In this document: piece after piece, positions 49,081 to 58,053 of the stretch
Layout of the letters: each line of letters opens with the position of its first letter
Numbering within the stretch: the stretch's first letter is position 1
NCBI GenBank assembly: GCA_963850905.1
Contig: CAWKMU010000004.1
Location: 608,001-672,000, forward strand
Direction of reading: 5' to 3'
Length of the DNA stretch: 64,000 nt
From: an uncultured Gemmatimonadales bacterium
GTDB lineage: Bacteria; Gemmatimonadota; Gemmatimonadetes; Gemmatimonadales; Gemmatimonadaceae
Program-made: the position numbers and the translations under genes
The notes under the pieces: generated by a model
Database searches by the model: none
What the model saw: the letters and a program-made list of their open reading frames with translations, nothing else
What the model was told of the DNA's origin: nothing

Positions 49081-50616
49081 ATGACCGACGCAGGACAGAC
49101 GATCGTCGAAGTTCTGGAAGCCGGCGCGGAGCATGCGCCCGCGCTGAGCGCACCGGGCGGGAAGCCGCTCACCTACGCCGCGCTCCGCGCGCACGTGAAG
49201 ACCATCGTGGCGGCGCTCGCGACGCAGGGAATCGGCCCAAACGATCGCGTCGCAATCGTGCTCGACAACGGCCCCGAAGCCGCGTCGGCGTTCCTGAGCA
49301 TCGGCACGGCCGCAACGGCGGCGCCCCTCAATCCAGCCTATCGCGCGGACGAGTTCGAGTTCTACCTCACCGACCTGCGCGCGAAGCTCCTCGTCATCGC
49401 GCAGGGCAAGGAGTCGGCGGCCGTCGAGGTCGCGACGCGCCTCGGCGTCCCCATCGCGCGGTTGGAGCCGAGACCGGAGCGCGGCGCGGGCAGTTTCGAC
49501 CTCGCGTTCGCGACCAGCGCATCGAGGGCACCACGCGCCACGTCGCCGAGCCGTGCGACGAGTGACGACATCGCGCTCGTGCTGCACACGTCGGGGACGA
49601 CGTCGCGACCCAAGATCGTTCCGCTCGCGCACAAGAACGTCTGCGCGTCGGCGGCGCACATCCGCTCCACGCTCGCGCTCACGGCGGACGACTGCGGCCT
49701 CGTAGTCATGCCGCTCTTCCACATCCACGGCCTCGTCGCCGCCCTCCTCGCGCCGCTCTCAGCGGGCGGCGAGGTGTCGTGCACGAGCGGGTTCAACGCG
49801 CTCAAGTTCTTCGCCTGGATGGGCGAGGTGCGGCCGACGTGGTACACCGGCGTACCGACGATGCACCAGGCGATGCTGCTGCGCGCGCCGCACAACGCCG
49901 ATGTCGTGCGGTCGCAGCGGCTTCGATTCATCCGCTCGTCGTCGTCGGCACTCCCGCCGACGGTGACCGCCGAGCTCGAGCGCGTGTTCGGCGTGCCGGT
50001 GATCGAAGCGTACGGGATGACCGAGGCAGCTCACCAAATGGCGAGCAATCCTTTGCCGCCCGGGAAGCGCAAGCCAGGGACAGTGGGGCGCGCCGCCGGC
50101 CCCGAAGTGCGCGTGGTCGACTCGCTCGGGAAATCGGTTCCCGCAGGCACGCCGGGCGAGATCGTGATCCGCGGCCCGAATGTAATGAAGGAGTACGAGA
50201 GCAATCCGAGGGCGAACGCCGAGGCATTCTACGACGGATGGTTTCGCACCGGCGATCAGGGGATGATGGATGCGGAGGACTACCTGAGCATCACCGGCCG
50301 ACTCAAGGAGATCATCAATCGCGGCGGCGAGAAGATTTCACCGCGCGAAGTCGACGAGATCATCATGCTCCACCCGGCCGTGCATCAGTGCGTGACATTC
50401 GCACTCCCGCACAAGATGCTCGGCGAAGACGTCGCGGCCGCAGTCGTGCTTCGGCAAGGCGTCTCGGCCGACGACAGGGAGCTGCGCGCCTTCGCGTCGA
50501 CGCGCCTCGCACCGTTCAAGGTGCCGTGCAAGATCGTCATTCTCCCCGAGATTCCGGTGGGCGCGACGGGGAAGTTGCAGCGCATCGGCCTCGCCAAGAA
50601 ACTGGGACTCGCATGA
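49081..50616 (+). CDS. Acyl-CoA ligase; probable oxalate-CoA ligase
   Basis: HTSGTTSRPK, PLFHIHGL, RFIRSSSS and EAYGMTEAAHQMASN, like AAE3/Pcs60-type oxalyl-CoA synthetases. Confidence 0.88.
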   Translation: MTDAGQTIVEVLEAGAEHAPALSAPGGKPLTYAALRAHVKTIVAALATQGIGPNDRVAIVLDNGPEAASAFLSIGTAATAAPLNPAYRADEFEFYLTDLRAKLLVIAQGKESAAVEVATRLGVPIARLEPRPERGAGSFDLAFATSASRAPRATSPSRATSDDIALVLHTSGTTSRPKIVPLAHKNVCASAAHIRSTLALTADDCGLVVMPLFHIHGLVAALLAPLSAGGEVSCTSGFNALKFFAWMGEVRPTWYTGVPTMHQAMLLRAPHNADVVRSQRLRFIRSSSSALPPTVTAELERVFGVPVIEAYGMTEAAHQMASNPLPPGKRKPGTVGRAAGPEVRVVDSLGKSVPAGTPGEIVIRGPNVMKEYESNPRANAEAFYDGWFRTGDQGMMDAEDYLSITGRLKEIINRGGEKISPREVDEIIMLHPAVHQCVTFALPHKMLGEDVAAAVVLRQGVSADDRELRAFASTRLAPFKVPCKIVILPEIPVGATGKLQRIGLAKKLGLA

Positions 50617-51911
50617 CGCAGCTAATCCGTTGGATTCAAACCGCAAGACCCTTCTCGGGATGGATGAAGGGCATGCCCGATGGGATCGACCAGGCTAATT
50701 CCGACGACATCGCGGCACTAAGCCTGAACGTTCTTGCGGAGGATATCGCCCTGCCGTGTGCGATTCTCAAGGAGAATGCACTGCGTGGGAATGAGGAGTG
50801 GATGCGTGAATTCTGCAGCCGGGCGGGCGTGCAGCTCTGCCCTCACGGGAAAACCACAATGAGCCCGGAGTTGTTCGCCCGTCAGCTCCTCAATGGCGCT
50901 TGGGGAATCACAGCCGCGACTCCCCACCAGGTGCGGATCCTGCGTTCATTTGGGATCGATCGAATCTTCTATGCCAACCAGTTGATGGGCGGACCCGCTG
51001 TCCGTTTCGTCGTCGGCGAACTGCAGTCTAATCCGCAGTTTGAGTTCTATTGCCTCGTAGATTCGGTAGCGAATGTGCAGGCTCTGGGCGCCGCAACGGA
51101 CGGTTGCAAGCGCCCCTTGCACGTATTGCTCGAGGTCGGGCAGCAGGGTGGTCGGACAGGAGTACGGTCACGGGACCAGGCAATGCAGGTTGCTGAGGCA
51201 GTGCAGCGGTGTCGGGGGCTCGCCCTGGCAGGTATCGAGACCTTTGAGTTCGTTGTTCCAGCACACGACGATGATGAGCGCGAACGCAATATCACCACGC
51301 TGTTTGAGGACATTGCGACCCTTGCCCATGAGCTGGATCGTGCCGGCTTGTTCCACGGTCCTCAGGTGATATTGTCGGCGGGCGGCTCGACGTACTTCGA
51401 TGTGGCTGCGAAGTCGCTCACTTCGATTCAGCTCAGTCTACCGACCTTGTCGTTGATCCGAGCTGGTTGTTATTTGACGCAGGACTCTGGCTGGATGCCC
51501 GGTTATGTCGACCGAATGCGTGAACGGTCGCCCCTAGTCGCGAGCATCCCGGGACGACCTGAGGATGCCCTGGAAGTATGGGGTTACGTGCAGTCGCGCC
51601 CCGAGCCCCAGCTGGCCCTGATCAATGTCGGAAAGCGGGACGTTTCGTACGACATCCGCCTGCCACAGCCGAAATTCTGGTTCCGGCCCCGAGTGCATTC
51701 GCGTCCACAGATAATCCCTGATGGAACCCAGATCGTTGCACTGAATGATCAGCATGGTTACTTGAGATTGCCCGACGACTCACCCCTGAGCGTTGGAGAT
51801 CTCATTGGGCTCGGCATATCCCATCCCTGTACCACAATGGACAAATGGAGGGCCGTGCTGATCGTCGATGGCGAGTACAGTGTCAAAGGTGCGATCTCCA
51901 CCTGGTTCTAA
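50613..51911 (+). CDS. PLP fold-type III D-amino acid deaminase/aldolase (D-serine dehydratase-like)
   Basis: PHGKTTMSP, SAGGST, NDQHGY and HPCTT. Its ATG overlaps the ligase stop (ATGA). Confidence 0.88.
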   Translation: MTQLIRWIQTARPFSGWMKGMPDGIDQANSDDIAALSLNVLAEDIALPCAILKENALRGNEEWMREFCSRAGVQLCPHGKTTMSPELFARQLLNGAWGITAATPHQVRILRSFGIDRIFYANQLMGGPAVRFVVGELQSNPQFEFYCLVDSVANVQALGAATDGCKRPLHVLLEVGQQGGRTGVRSRDQAMQVAEAVQRCRGLALAGIETFEFVVPAHDDDERERNITTLFEDIATLAHELDRAGLFHGPQVILSAGGSTYFDVAAKSLTSIQLSLPTLSLIRAGCYLTQDSGWMPGYVDRMRERSPLVASIPGRPEDALEVWGYVQSRPEPQLALINVGKRDVSYDIRLPQPKFWFRPRVHSRPQIIPDGTQIVALNDQHGYLRLPDDSPLSVGDLIGLGISHPCTTMDKWRAVLIVDGEYSVKGAISTWF

Positions 51912-52048
51912 CTACGCTCGCGCAGCGGCGCGAAGAACCCGTGTTTCGCGCACCGTGATCGAGGCGTAGGGTGACCGAGGCAGCGCACCAGAGAGCAATC
52001 CTTTGCCTTTTCTATTCGGGGCTGCGTTGTTCGTTGTCGCTCCTCTCT

Positions 52049-52075
52049 ATTGTGGCCCGCTGTGCGGGCCACAAT
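52049..52075. terminator. Hairpin just downstream of the deacylase stop
   Basis: ATTGTGGCCCGC-tgt-GCGGGCCACAAT. Confidence 0.6.
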
Positions 52076-52077
52076 CG

Positions 52078-53049
52078 TCACGCGCCGACAGCTAGAAGAG
52101 GATCACTCTTGTTGATCGCTAACGACGAGACGATAAAAAGAACCACGCCATCGCCCGGACTGACTGCTGTCTGGAGCACGCCCCCTTCGCAGTCCTTCAC
52201 GCAGCCGAGGTTCTGACCGGTCTTTACGGCTTCATTCACCGCAACCGCCGGATACCAAAAGCCCGCATGGTCGCTGCGCAACCACATAAACCGTTCGAGC
52301 AGGGTGAACGGCACGGGCTCTGGAGCGCCGCCTGGAATCATCTTGAGGTAGCGCATGAGACGGTTGAGACCATTCGCATGCCATCGCACATCCTCGGGTG
52401 TCCAAATTCCCTGTCCGCCGGATTCCGTCAGGATGGATGGAATGCCTGCGACCGAAGCGGCGCGCACCGTCGACCCCAGCACCTCGCTGCCTACTAGAAA
52501 ATGAATGCCGAAGATCTTGGCCATTTCCAGCGACATTTCATCGACATGGTTGTCGCCGGTGCGGGAGAAGATCGTGAACGGAACCAGCGCTTCGATCAAA
52601 TCGCCGCCGTGCAAGTCCACATAACAAGTGGCCTGCCTGATGACGTTGCTGAACAGCCAATCGGCAATTTGTTCAGAGGCAGTGCCGTGCGGATTGCCCG
52701 GAAACACGCGATTCGGATTCTTGCCGTCGAGCGGACAGACGTAAATGGAACGCGCGGGAAACGCAGGCATATCCACGACCGGCACCACAATCACGCGCCC
52801 GCAAAGGCTTGCCGGATCGAGAGAGCGTCCTAGGTCGAGCGCCGCGGCGATACTGGCGTACTCCGCCGCGTGGACGCCGGCTGTCACCACGAGCGTCGGC
52901 CCTTCCCCGGCTCCATTGATGAGCCACATCGGAAGCCGGTACGGCCCGTCCTGCACCACAAATTCGTTGACGCCGTAACGTTTTTCCCCATGTCCGGCTG
53001 AAAGCGTACCGACGGTTAACACGTTCTTTGACATCGTCGTGTTCCTCAC
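52078..53049 (-). CDS. AstE/AspA-family (M14) deacylase
   Basis: AGVHAAE, NPNRVFPG, DLHGG and ESGG. Confidence 0.9.
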   Translation of the reverse strand: MRNTTMSKNVLTVGTLSAGHGEKRYGVNEFVVQDGPYRLPMWLINGAGEGPTLVVTAGVHAAEYASIAAALDLGRSLDPASLCGRVIVVPVVDMPAFPARSIYVCPLDGKNPNRVFPGNPHGTASEQIADWLFSNVIRQATCYVDLHGGDLIEALVPFTIFSRTGDNHVDEMSLEMAKIFGIHFLVGSEVLGSTVRAASVAGIPSILTESGGQGIWTPEDVRWHANGLNRLMRYLKMIPGGAPEPVPFTLLERFMWLRSDHAGFWYPAVAVNEAVKTGQNLGCVKDCEGGVLQTAVSPGDGVVLFIVSSLAINKSDPLLAVGA

Positions 53050-54398
53050 CGTGCTCGATCAACGGCTAAGCTTCGTGAAGGAGTTGATGGCTCCGGCAAT
53101 CGGCTGCGCTCAATCGTTATCGTTTCGAGCCCGTGCGGCGACGGCCCCGTTTCGACACGCCACAACACGTAGGCGACGAACACGGCGAGCACCGCTATCC
53201 CGGTGAATGTGTACATGCTGGTATCGTAGCCTGCTGCGTTTGCGGCACTTGCCAGCCAGTGGTCGTTGGTCCAGCCGATCAGCAAGTTGATAATGACCAG
53301 ACCGAGCTGCTGCACCGAGTCCAACATTCCGTTGGCCAACCCCAGCCGCGGCCTGTCGACAACATACACAAGCGCCGGCCACATGACCGCCGGCACCAGC
53401 GCGAACGCCACACCCATCATGGCCATGGGGATGATAGGCTGGATGTTCGTGAACCCCAGTATGGGAAACGCCGGTACGAGTAGCAACGACCCAAACATCA
53501 TGAGCAGTGACCGGTGTCCGTACCGGTCGGCGAGTAGGCCGAAGACCGGCATGCCGATCAGCGAGAAAAAAGGTTCCATGCCCACCAGTAGAGATGCGGT
53601 TTGCGGTGAGACATGCCGAGCCTCGATCAGGAATTTCTGCCCGAAGGTTTCAAACGGGAAAATGCAACCGTAGAAGGTGAAACACAGCGCCGCAATCAGC
53701 CAGAATGAGCGATTAAAGCGGAACACTTCGCTCAAGGGGACCTTCGTCGTTCGGGCGCGATGTCCCAAAGTGAACCGCCGTTCACCGCGGGCATCGAGAA
53801 TCCAGTAGACCGCAGCGCCGAGCAGGCAGAGTCCGCCAAAGGCCACGCCAAGAAGAAGAGGCCAGCGCCAATGAGTGTATGCGCGCGGCAACCAAGCCGG
53901 AGAGACTTGCGCGGTCAGCGAGCCCAATCGCCCAGCTGACGCGCGGACACCGAAGGCCAGACTCATTTCACTTGCGTAAAACCACCGCGCCACGGCGACA
54001 TTCGCCGCGATTGCGAGGGCCTCACCCCCCGAGCCGACGAGCAGACGGCCAACGGCCATGACAGCCAAACGAGGGCTCAGGGCCGTGATAACCAACCCAA
54101 TGAACGTGAAGATGCCGAAAATCGACAGCGACTTCCGCGTTCCAATCCGGTCAACGATGACACCGCAGGCCAGCGCCATGACGATGTTGGGGAAGCTGTA
54201 GATGGCCTGCAGCAGGCCAATATCCGCGTTCGAAAAGTGGAGTTGGCGACTGAGCAGCGGCGCGAGCGGCCCGATGTAATCGAACGCGTAATAGCCGCCG
54301 TAACAGGCAATGCCAATCGCCACGAGGACAACCCAGCGCGAGGCACGCGATGGCTCGGGCTTCTGACGCACTTCCGCTTCGATCAAGGCGGCGCTCAT
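53046..54398 (-). CDS. MFS transporter (MFSD1-like)
   Basis: CYGGYYAFD, YSFPNI..G...DRIG, GSGGE and ALVPAVMWP; overlaps the deacylase start. Confidence 0.85.
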   Translation of the reverse strand: MSAALIEAEVRQKPEPSRASRWVVLVAIGIACYGGYYAFDYIGPLAPLLSRQLHFSNADIGLLQAIYSFPNIVMALACGVIVDRIGTRKSLSIFGIFTFIGLVITALSPRLAVMAVGRLLVGSGGEALAIAANVAVARWFYASEMSLAFGVRASAGRLGSLTAQVSPAWLPRAYTHWRWPLLLGVAFGGLCLLGAAVYWILDARGERRFTLGHRARTTKVPLSEVFRFNRSFWLIAALCFTFYGCIFPFETFGQKFLIEARHVSPQTASLLVGMEPFFSLIGMPVFGLLADRYGHRSLLMMFGSLLLVPAFPILGFTNIQPIIPMAMMGVAFALVPAVMWPALVYVVDRPRLGLANGMLDSVQQLGLVIINLLIGWTNDHWLASAANAAGYDTSMYTFTGIAVLAVFVAYVLWRVETGPSPHGLETITIERSRLPEPSTPSRSLAVDRAR

Positions 54399-54571
54399 TC
54401 TGAGGCGCGTATCGAGATGAGCGTCTCCACGCCTAGAGCATGACTATTTTGCTACCGCTCCGCAATGCTGACAGGGGGTGCGTGCTTGATCAACCCCTTT
54501 GCGCGCGCGCGACATCCGCGGCGGAGATGCCTTCCAATGCAAGGCCGTAGCCGACGCTTTCGTCGACGCCC

Positions 54572-54970
54572 TCAACCCTTGTTGATCTGGCGCACCTCTG
54601 GCAAGCGCCGCACGTCAGCCACGAAGCGCGCGAGCAACGGAGACCTGTTGTCCGTTCTCCAGGCGAGAGCCAGCAACTCCGGCGCGTTCAAATCAGCAAC
54701 GGACATGATGACAACACTCGTTGGACGCCGCCAACGTGCCGTTCCAAGGACCCATCCAACCCCCAAGCCGGTCGCAACCAGACTGAGGATTGTGGCCTCG
54801 TCTAGTCCCTCCTGAACGACATGGGGGGACTTCAAGCCACCGCGAAGGCATGCCTGCGCTAGGCGGTCGTATAGCGCCGGCACTGCCCGTCTAGGAAAAG
54901 CGACAAACGGTGCGCCGACGAGGTCACGTAGGCGGAGTTCCTTGAGCTTGGTTAGAGGATGTCCTCTCGG
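54572..54970 (-). pseudogene. C-terminal fragment of a LysR regulator (no HTH)
   Basis: PRGHPL...LRDLVGAPFV..., TILSLVATGLGV and LALAWR; similarity stops at about 54970. Confidence 0.8.
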
Positions 54971-55023
54971 GTCATCGGCGGGAAGCCGATCGCATTGGCC
55001 GAATTAGAACGCGATGACCGCAG

Positions 55024-55170
55024 CAAGCGGAGCGGCTGGGCACACTACTGCGTCAGCACGGCATAAGCTGTGCTGACGCCATCGTGTCTTCACTCGGCCT
55101 GACCGGTAAGCACCCATCTCAACGGTCGACCATCATGAGGCAAGCATCCGCGTACCTGACTCGCAACTAA
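55024..55170 (+). pseudogene. Internal fragment of a second PmtA-like methyltransferase gene
   Basis: Aligns without gaps to 23064-23207; 40 of 48 aa identical by manual count. Confidence 0.85.
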
Positions 55171-55171
55171 A

Positions 55172-56143
55172 ATGACGATGCGCTCGTTCGCCGTCGAGCA
55201 TTTTGGCGAAGCACCGGCGATCCACGCCCTACCGATCCCCGCCGCCGACGGCGCGTTCCTGATACGGGTGACGTACGCTGGGGTAAATCCGGTCGACTAC
55301 AAGAATCTCGACCACTTGACCGCCGCGTCGAGGTATCCATACGTCATGGGCGTCGACTTCGCCGGTGTCGTCGAACGCGTGCCGGTAGGAGCAGGGGACG
55401 TCCACATCGGGGACCGTGTCCTCGGTCTGGCCCGCACACGCGGCTCGTACGCCGAGTACACCGCCGTCGCACCGGGTGTGAAGATAGAACCACTGGCCGG
55501 TATCCCCGACGGCGTCACTGACGAACAGGCGGCCGCGCTCCCGATGGCAGGAATAACTGCGCTGGGGTCGCTCGAACTATTGGGTATTGGTGCCGGACAG
55601 CGCCTCGTCGTGATGGGCGCGACGGGCGGCGTCGGCGGCTACGCCGTGCAGATCGCACGCTCCCGCAAGGCGCACGTCATCGCGACTGTTCGTGGCGACG
55701 TGGACGAAGCACGCCGGCTCGGCGCCGACGAAGTCTACGATACCAAAGTGGTCGACGTCATCGACGCGCTGCGGTCGACGCATCCCGAAGGCGTGGACGC
55801 GGTCCTCGATCTCGTCAACGACTCGGACGCAATCCGCCGGGACGCTGAGATTCTCAAGTCCGGTGGAACCCTCGTCTCGGCCGTGATGGCGGCGGACAGA
55901 GACTGGTTCGCCGGGCGTCACATTACGGCGCACAACATTGGCTCGAGCTCGCCGACCGATACCTCATTGGTCACGGCGAATCCCGCATCATCTCCGCAAG
56001 GGCTGACCCAGCTTGCGCGCATGGTCCACGACGGGACGATCACTGCGCGCATTGGCTCCGTGGTTGCATTGGAAGCCGCGGGTCAACTGCTCGCACAGCT
56101 TCGCACAGGCGGCATCCGCGGCAAGGCCATCATCCGCCTCTAA
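55172..56143 (+). CDS. NADP-dependent quinone oxidoreductase-like MDR
   Basis: AGVNPVD, MGVDFAGVV and GATGGVG. Confidence 0.9.
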   Translation: MTMRSFAVEHFGEAPAIHALPIPAADGAFLIRVTYAGVNPVDYKNLDHLTAASRYPYVMGVDFAGVVERVPVGAGDVHIGDRVLGLARTRGSYAEYTAVAPGVKIEPLAGIPDGVTDEQAAALPMAGITALGSLELLGIGAGQRLVVMGATGGVGGYAVQIARSRKAHVIATVRGDVDEARRLGADEVYDTKVVDVIDALRSTHPEGVDAVLDLVNDSDAIRRDAEILKSGGTLVSAVMAADRDWFAGRHITAHNIGSSSPTDTSLVTANPASSPQGLTQLARMVHDGTITARIGSVVALEAAGQLLAQLRTGGIRGKAIIRL

Positions 56144-56193
56144 GGCAGGCTAGCCACCACGATCGGACTCCGTGGCGAGGTCCACGGGCACCC

Positions 56194-56255
56194 TTGACAA
56201 GGGCGTGGCGATTGCTGTATATAACTAACAGGTTGTAGAATCTATGGGTTATATA
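56194..56255 (+). promoter_or_regulatory. Promoter and autoregulatory inverted repeat of the ArsR gene
   Basis: TTGACA at 56194 and an inverted repeat TATATAAC (56218-56225)/GTTATATA (56248-56255). Confidence 0.6.
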
Positions 56256-56611
56256 TGACATTGTCTGACCGTTTGGATATCACATTCGCGGCGCTGGCCG
56301 ATCCGACTCGGCGGGCGATTCTGGCGAAGCTAGCCTCTGGCGAGGCGTCCGTCAGCGAGCTGGCTCGACCGTTCGCGATGAGCCAGCCCGCGATCTCGAA
56401 GCATCTCAAGGTCCTCGAGCGTGCCGGGCTCGTCTCTGGTGCGCGCGACGCGCAACGCCGGCCGCGGCGCCTCGAAGGCGGTCGACTTGCAGAAGCTGCG
56501 CAATGGCTCGAGGGATATAGAAAGTTCTGGGAAGGTCGATTCCGCGAGTTGGACCTGGTTCTTGAGGAGCTCAAGGCCGCCGAGAAACGGCGGAAGCGTA
56601 CGAAGCCCTAG
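56255..56611 (+). CDS. ArsR/SmtB-family regulator
   Basis: FAALADPTRRAIL and SQPAISKHLKVLERAGL. Confidence 0.93.
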   Translation: MTLSDRLDITFAALADPTRRAILAKLASGEASVSELARPFAMSQPAISKHLKVLERAGLVSGARDAQRRPRRLEGGRLAEAAQWLEGYRKFWEGRFRELDLVLEELKAAEKRRKRTKP

Positions 56612-56623
56612 CGAGGAGAAACG

Positions 56624-57181
56624 ATGGCGACGATTGGCAAGCTTACGGTGACAACGCAAGGCGAGCGGGAGGTCGCGATCACACGAGAGTTCGACGCGCC
56701 CCGTCACCTGGTGTTCGAGGCGCTGACCACGCCTGAATTGCTCAGGCGATGGCTGATTGGACCACCCGGTTGGGCCATGACCGAGTGCGAGGTCAATGCA
56801 AGGGTAGGAGGTGCCTACCGGTACGCATGGCGCCACACGGACGGTTCGGCTATGGGGATGCGCGGCATCTGCACAGAGGTGGTTCCACCCGAGTTGCTCG
56901 TTGCGAAAGAGCGTTTCGATGAGGCGTGGTTCGAGCGTGCGCGTGGGGTGCAAGACGCAAAGCTCCTCGACAGTCTCCGCCCGGGTCTTGAACGCTTCGA
57001 TCCCGGGGAAACAGTCGTGTCCCAAAGGCTTGCCGAGCGCGGCGGCAAGACCACGCTCAACATGACGATCCGGTACGACTCGCCGGAGACGCGCGACATG
57101 GCCTTGAAGACGCCGATGGCGAGGGGGATGGAAGCCGGGTATGGGAAGTTGGATGAGCTGCTTGCAGGGGTCAAAGTGTGA
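56624..57181 (+). CDS. SRPBCC/AHA1-domain protein with an internal insertion
   Basis: ITREFDAPRHLVFEA, RVGGAYRY.W and GMEAGY.KLD. Confidence 0.9.
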   Translation: MATIGKLTVTTQGEREVAITREFDAPRHLVFEALTTPELLRRWLIGPPGWAMTECEVNARVGGAYRYAWRHTDGSAMGMRGICTEVVPPELLVAKERFDEAWFERARGVQDAKLLDSLRPGLERFDPGETVVSQRLAERGGKTTLNMTIRYDSPETRDMALKTPMARGMEAGYGKLDELLAGVKV

Positions 57182-57301
57182 TGCTCGACGTTGGACGTTA
57201 GATGTTGAACATTGGACGTTGAATGTTTACCCGGTCCGAGGGTCAGCCACATCGACAGTGGTTGGCCCTCGAGCTTGCTCTCCAACGTCTAGCGTCAAAC
57301 G
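57180..57301. repeat. Two oppositely oriented 7-bp tandem arrays (GACGTTG x7; CCAACGT-like x3)
   Basis: gatgctc gacgttg gacgtta gatgttg aacattg gacgttg aatgttt (57180-57228) and tccaacg tctagcg tcaaacg (57281-57301). Confidence 0.75.
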
Positions 57302-57389
57302 TGTCAGAATCGGTTCCGGGCAACGCGGTGCGCCTCTCAGGCAGCGTGGCGGCCGCCGGCGCAAACCATCTAGTAGAGAGAGACTCGCC

Positions 57390-57998
57390 ATGAGAAAGAT
57401 CAGGATCTGCGAACACATCTCGCTGGACGGCGTGATCTCGCCCGGCGGACGGGGCGAAGACAGCGACTTCGCGCATGGCGGATGGTCGGCACCGTATCGA
57501 ACTGCGGCCGGGGCAGAGGCCCTCGCCGAGGCACAGGGCAGGAGCTTCGATCTGCTGCTTGGCCGCCGCACCTACGATCTCTGGGCCGGCTTCTGGCCGA
57601 AGGTCAAGAGCGGTCCGTTCGCGGACGGTCTGAACGCCGCGACGAAATACGTCGCGACCCACAGGCCGGACAGCCTCGGATGGGGTCCGGTCGGGGACCT
57701 GGGCGCGGACATCATGGAGGGTGTTCGCGGCGTCAAGTCAAAGGACGGCCCCGACCTGATCGTCTGGGGAAGTTCGACGCTGACGTCCGTGCTGCTCGAG
57801 CAGGGACTGGTCGACGAGGTTGTGCTGATCGTCTACCCGGTCTTGCTGGGCCGGGGCAAACGCTTCTTTTCGGACAGTGCCGACCCGCGCGAACTCGCTC
57901 TCGTCAGCACGAAGGCCACGCCCACGGGCGTGCTCATCAACACGTATCGACACGTTGGATCGCTGCGAAGCGAACCTGTCGCCGACGCGAGGCGTTGA
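57390..57998 (+). CDS. DHFR/RibD C-terminal-domain family protein
   Basis: ISLDGVI, LLLGRRTY, VWGSSTL and PVLLGRGKRFF. Confidence 0.9.
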   Translation: MRKIRICEHISLDGVISPGGRGEDSDFAHGGWSAPYRTAAGAEALAEAQGRSFDLLLGRRTYDLWAGFWPKVKSGPFADGLNAATKYVATHRPDSLGWGPVGDLGADIMEGVRGVKSKDGPDLIVWGSSTLTSVLLEQGLVDEVVLIVYPVLLGRGKRFFSDSADPRELALVSTKATPTGVLINTYRHVGSLRSEPVADARR

Positions 57999-58053
57999 GC
58001 GGGCGCCCAAGTCGCGTAGGTTTGTTCGTCGATCGAGTCGGCGGTGCGCGAAC

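Noticed and set aside
49779..50612. N-terminal 278 aa of the 710-aa ORF
   Set aside because: This is an out-of-frame overlap with the acyl-CoA ligase; the real gene starts at 50613.
57180..57301. Heptamer arrays as a CRISPR array
   Set aside because: The units are 7 bp with no spacers, and there are no cas genes.
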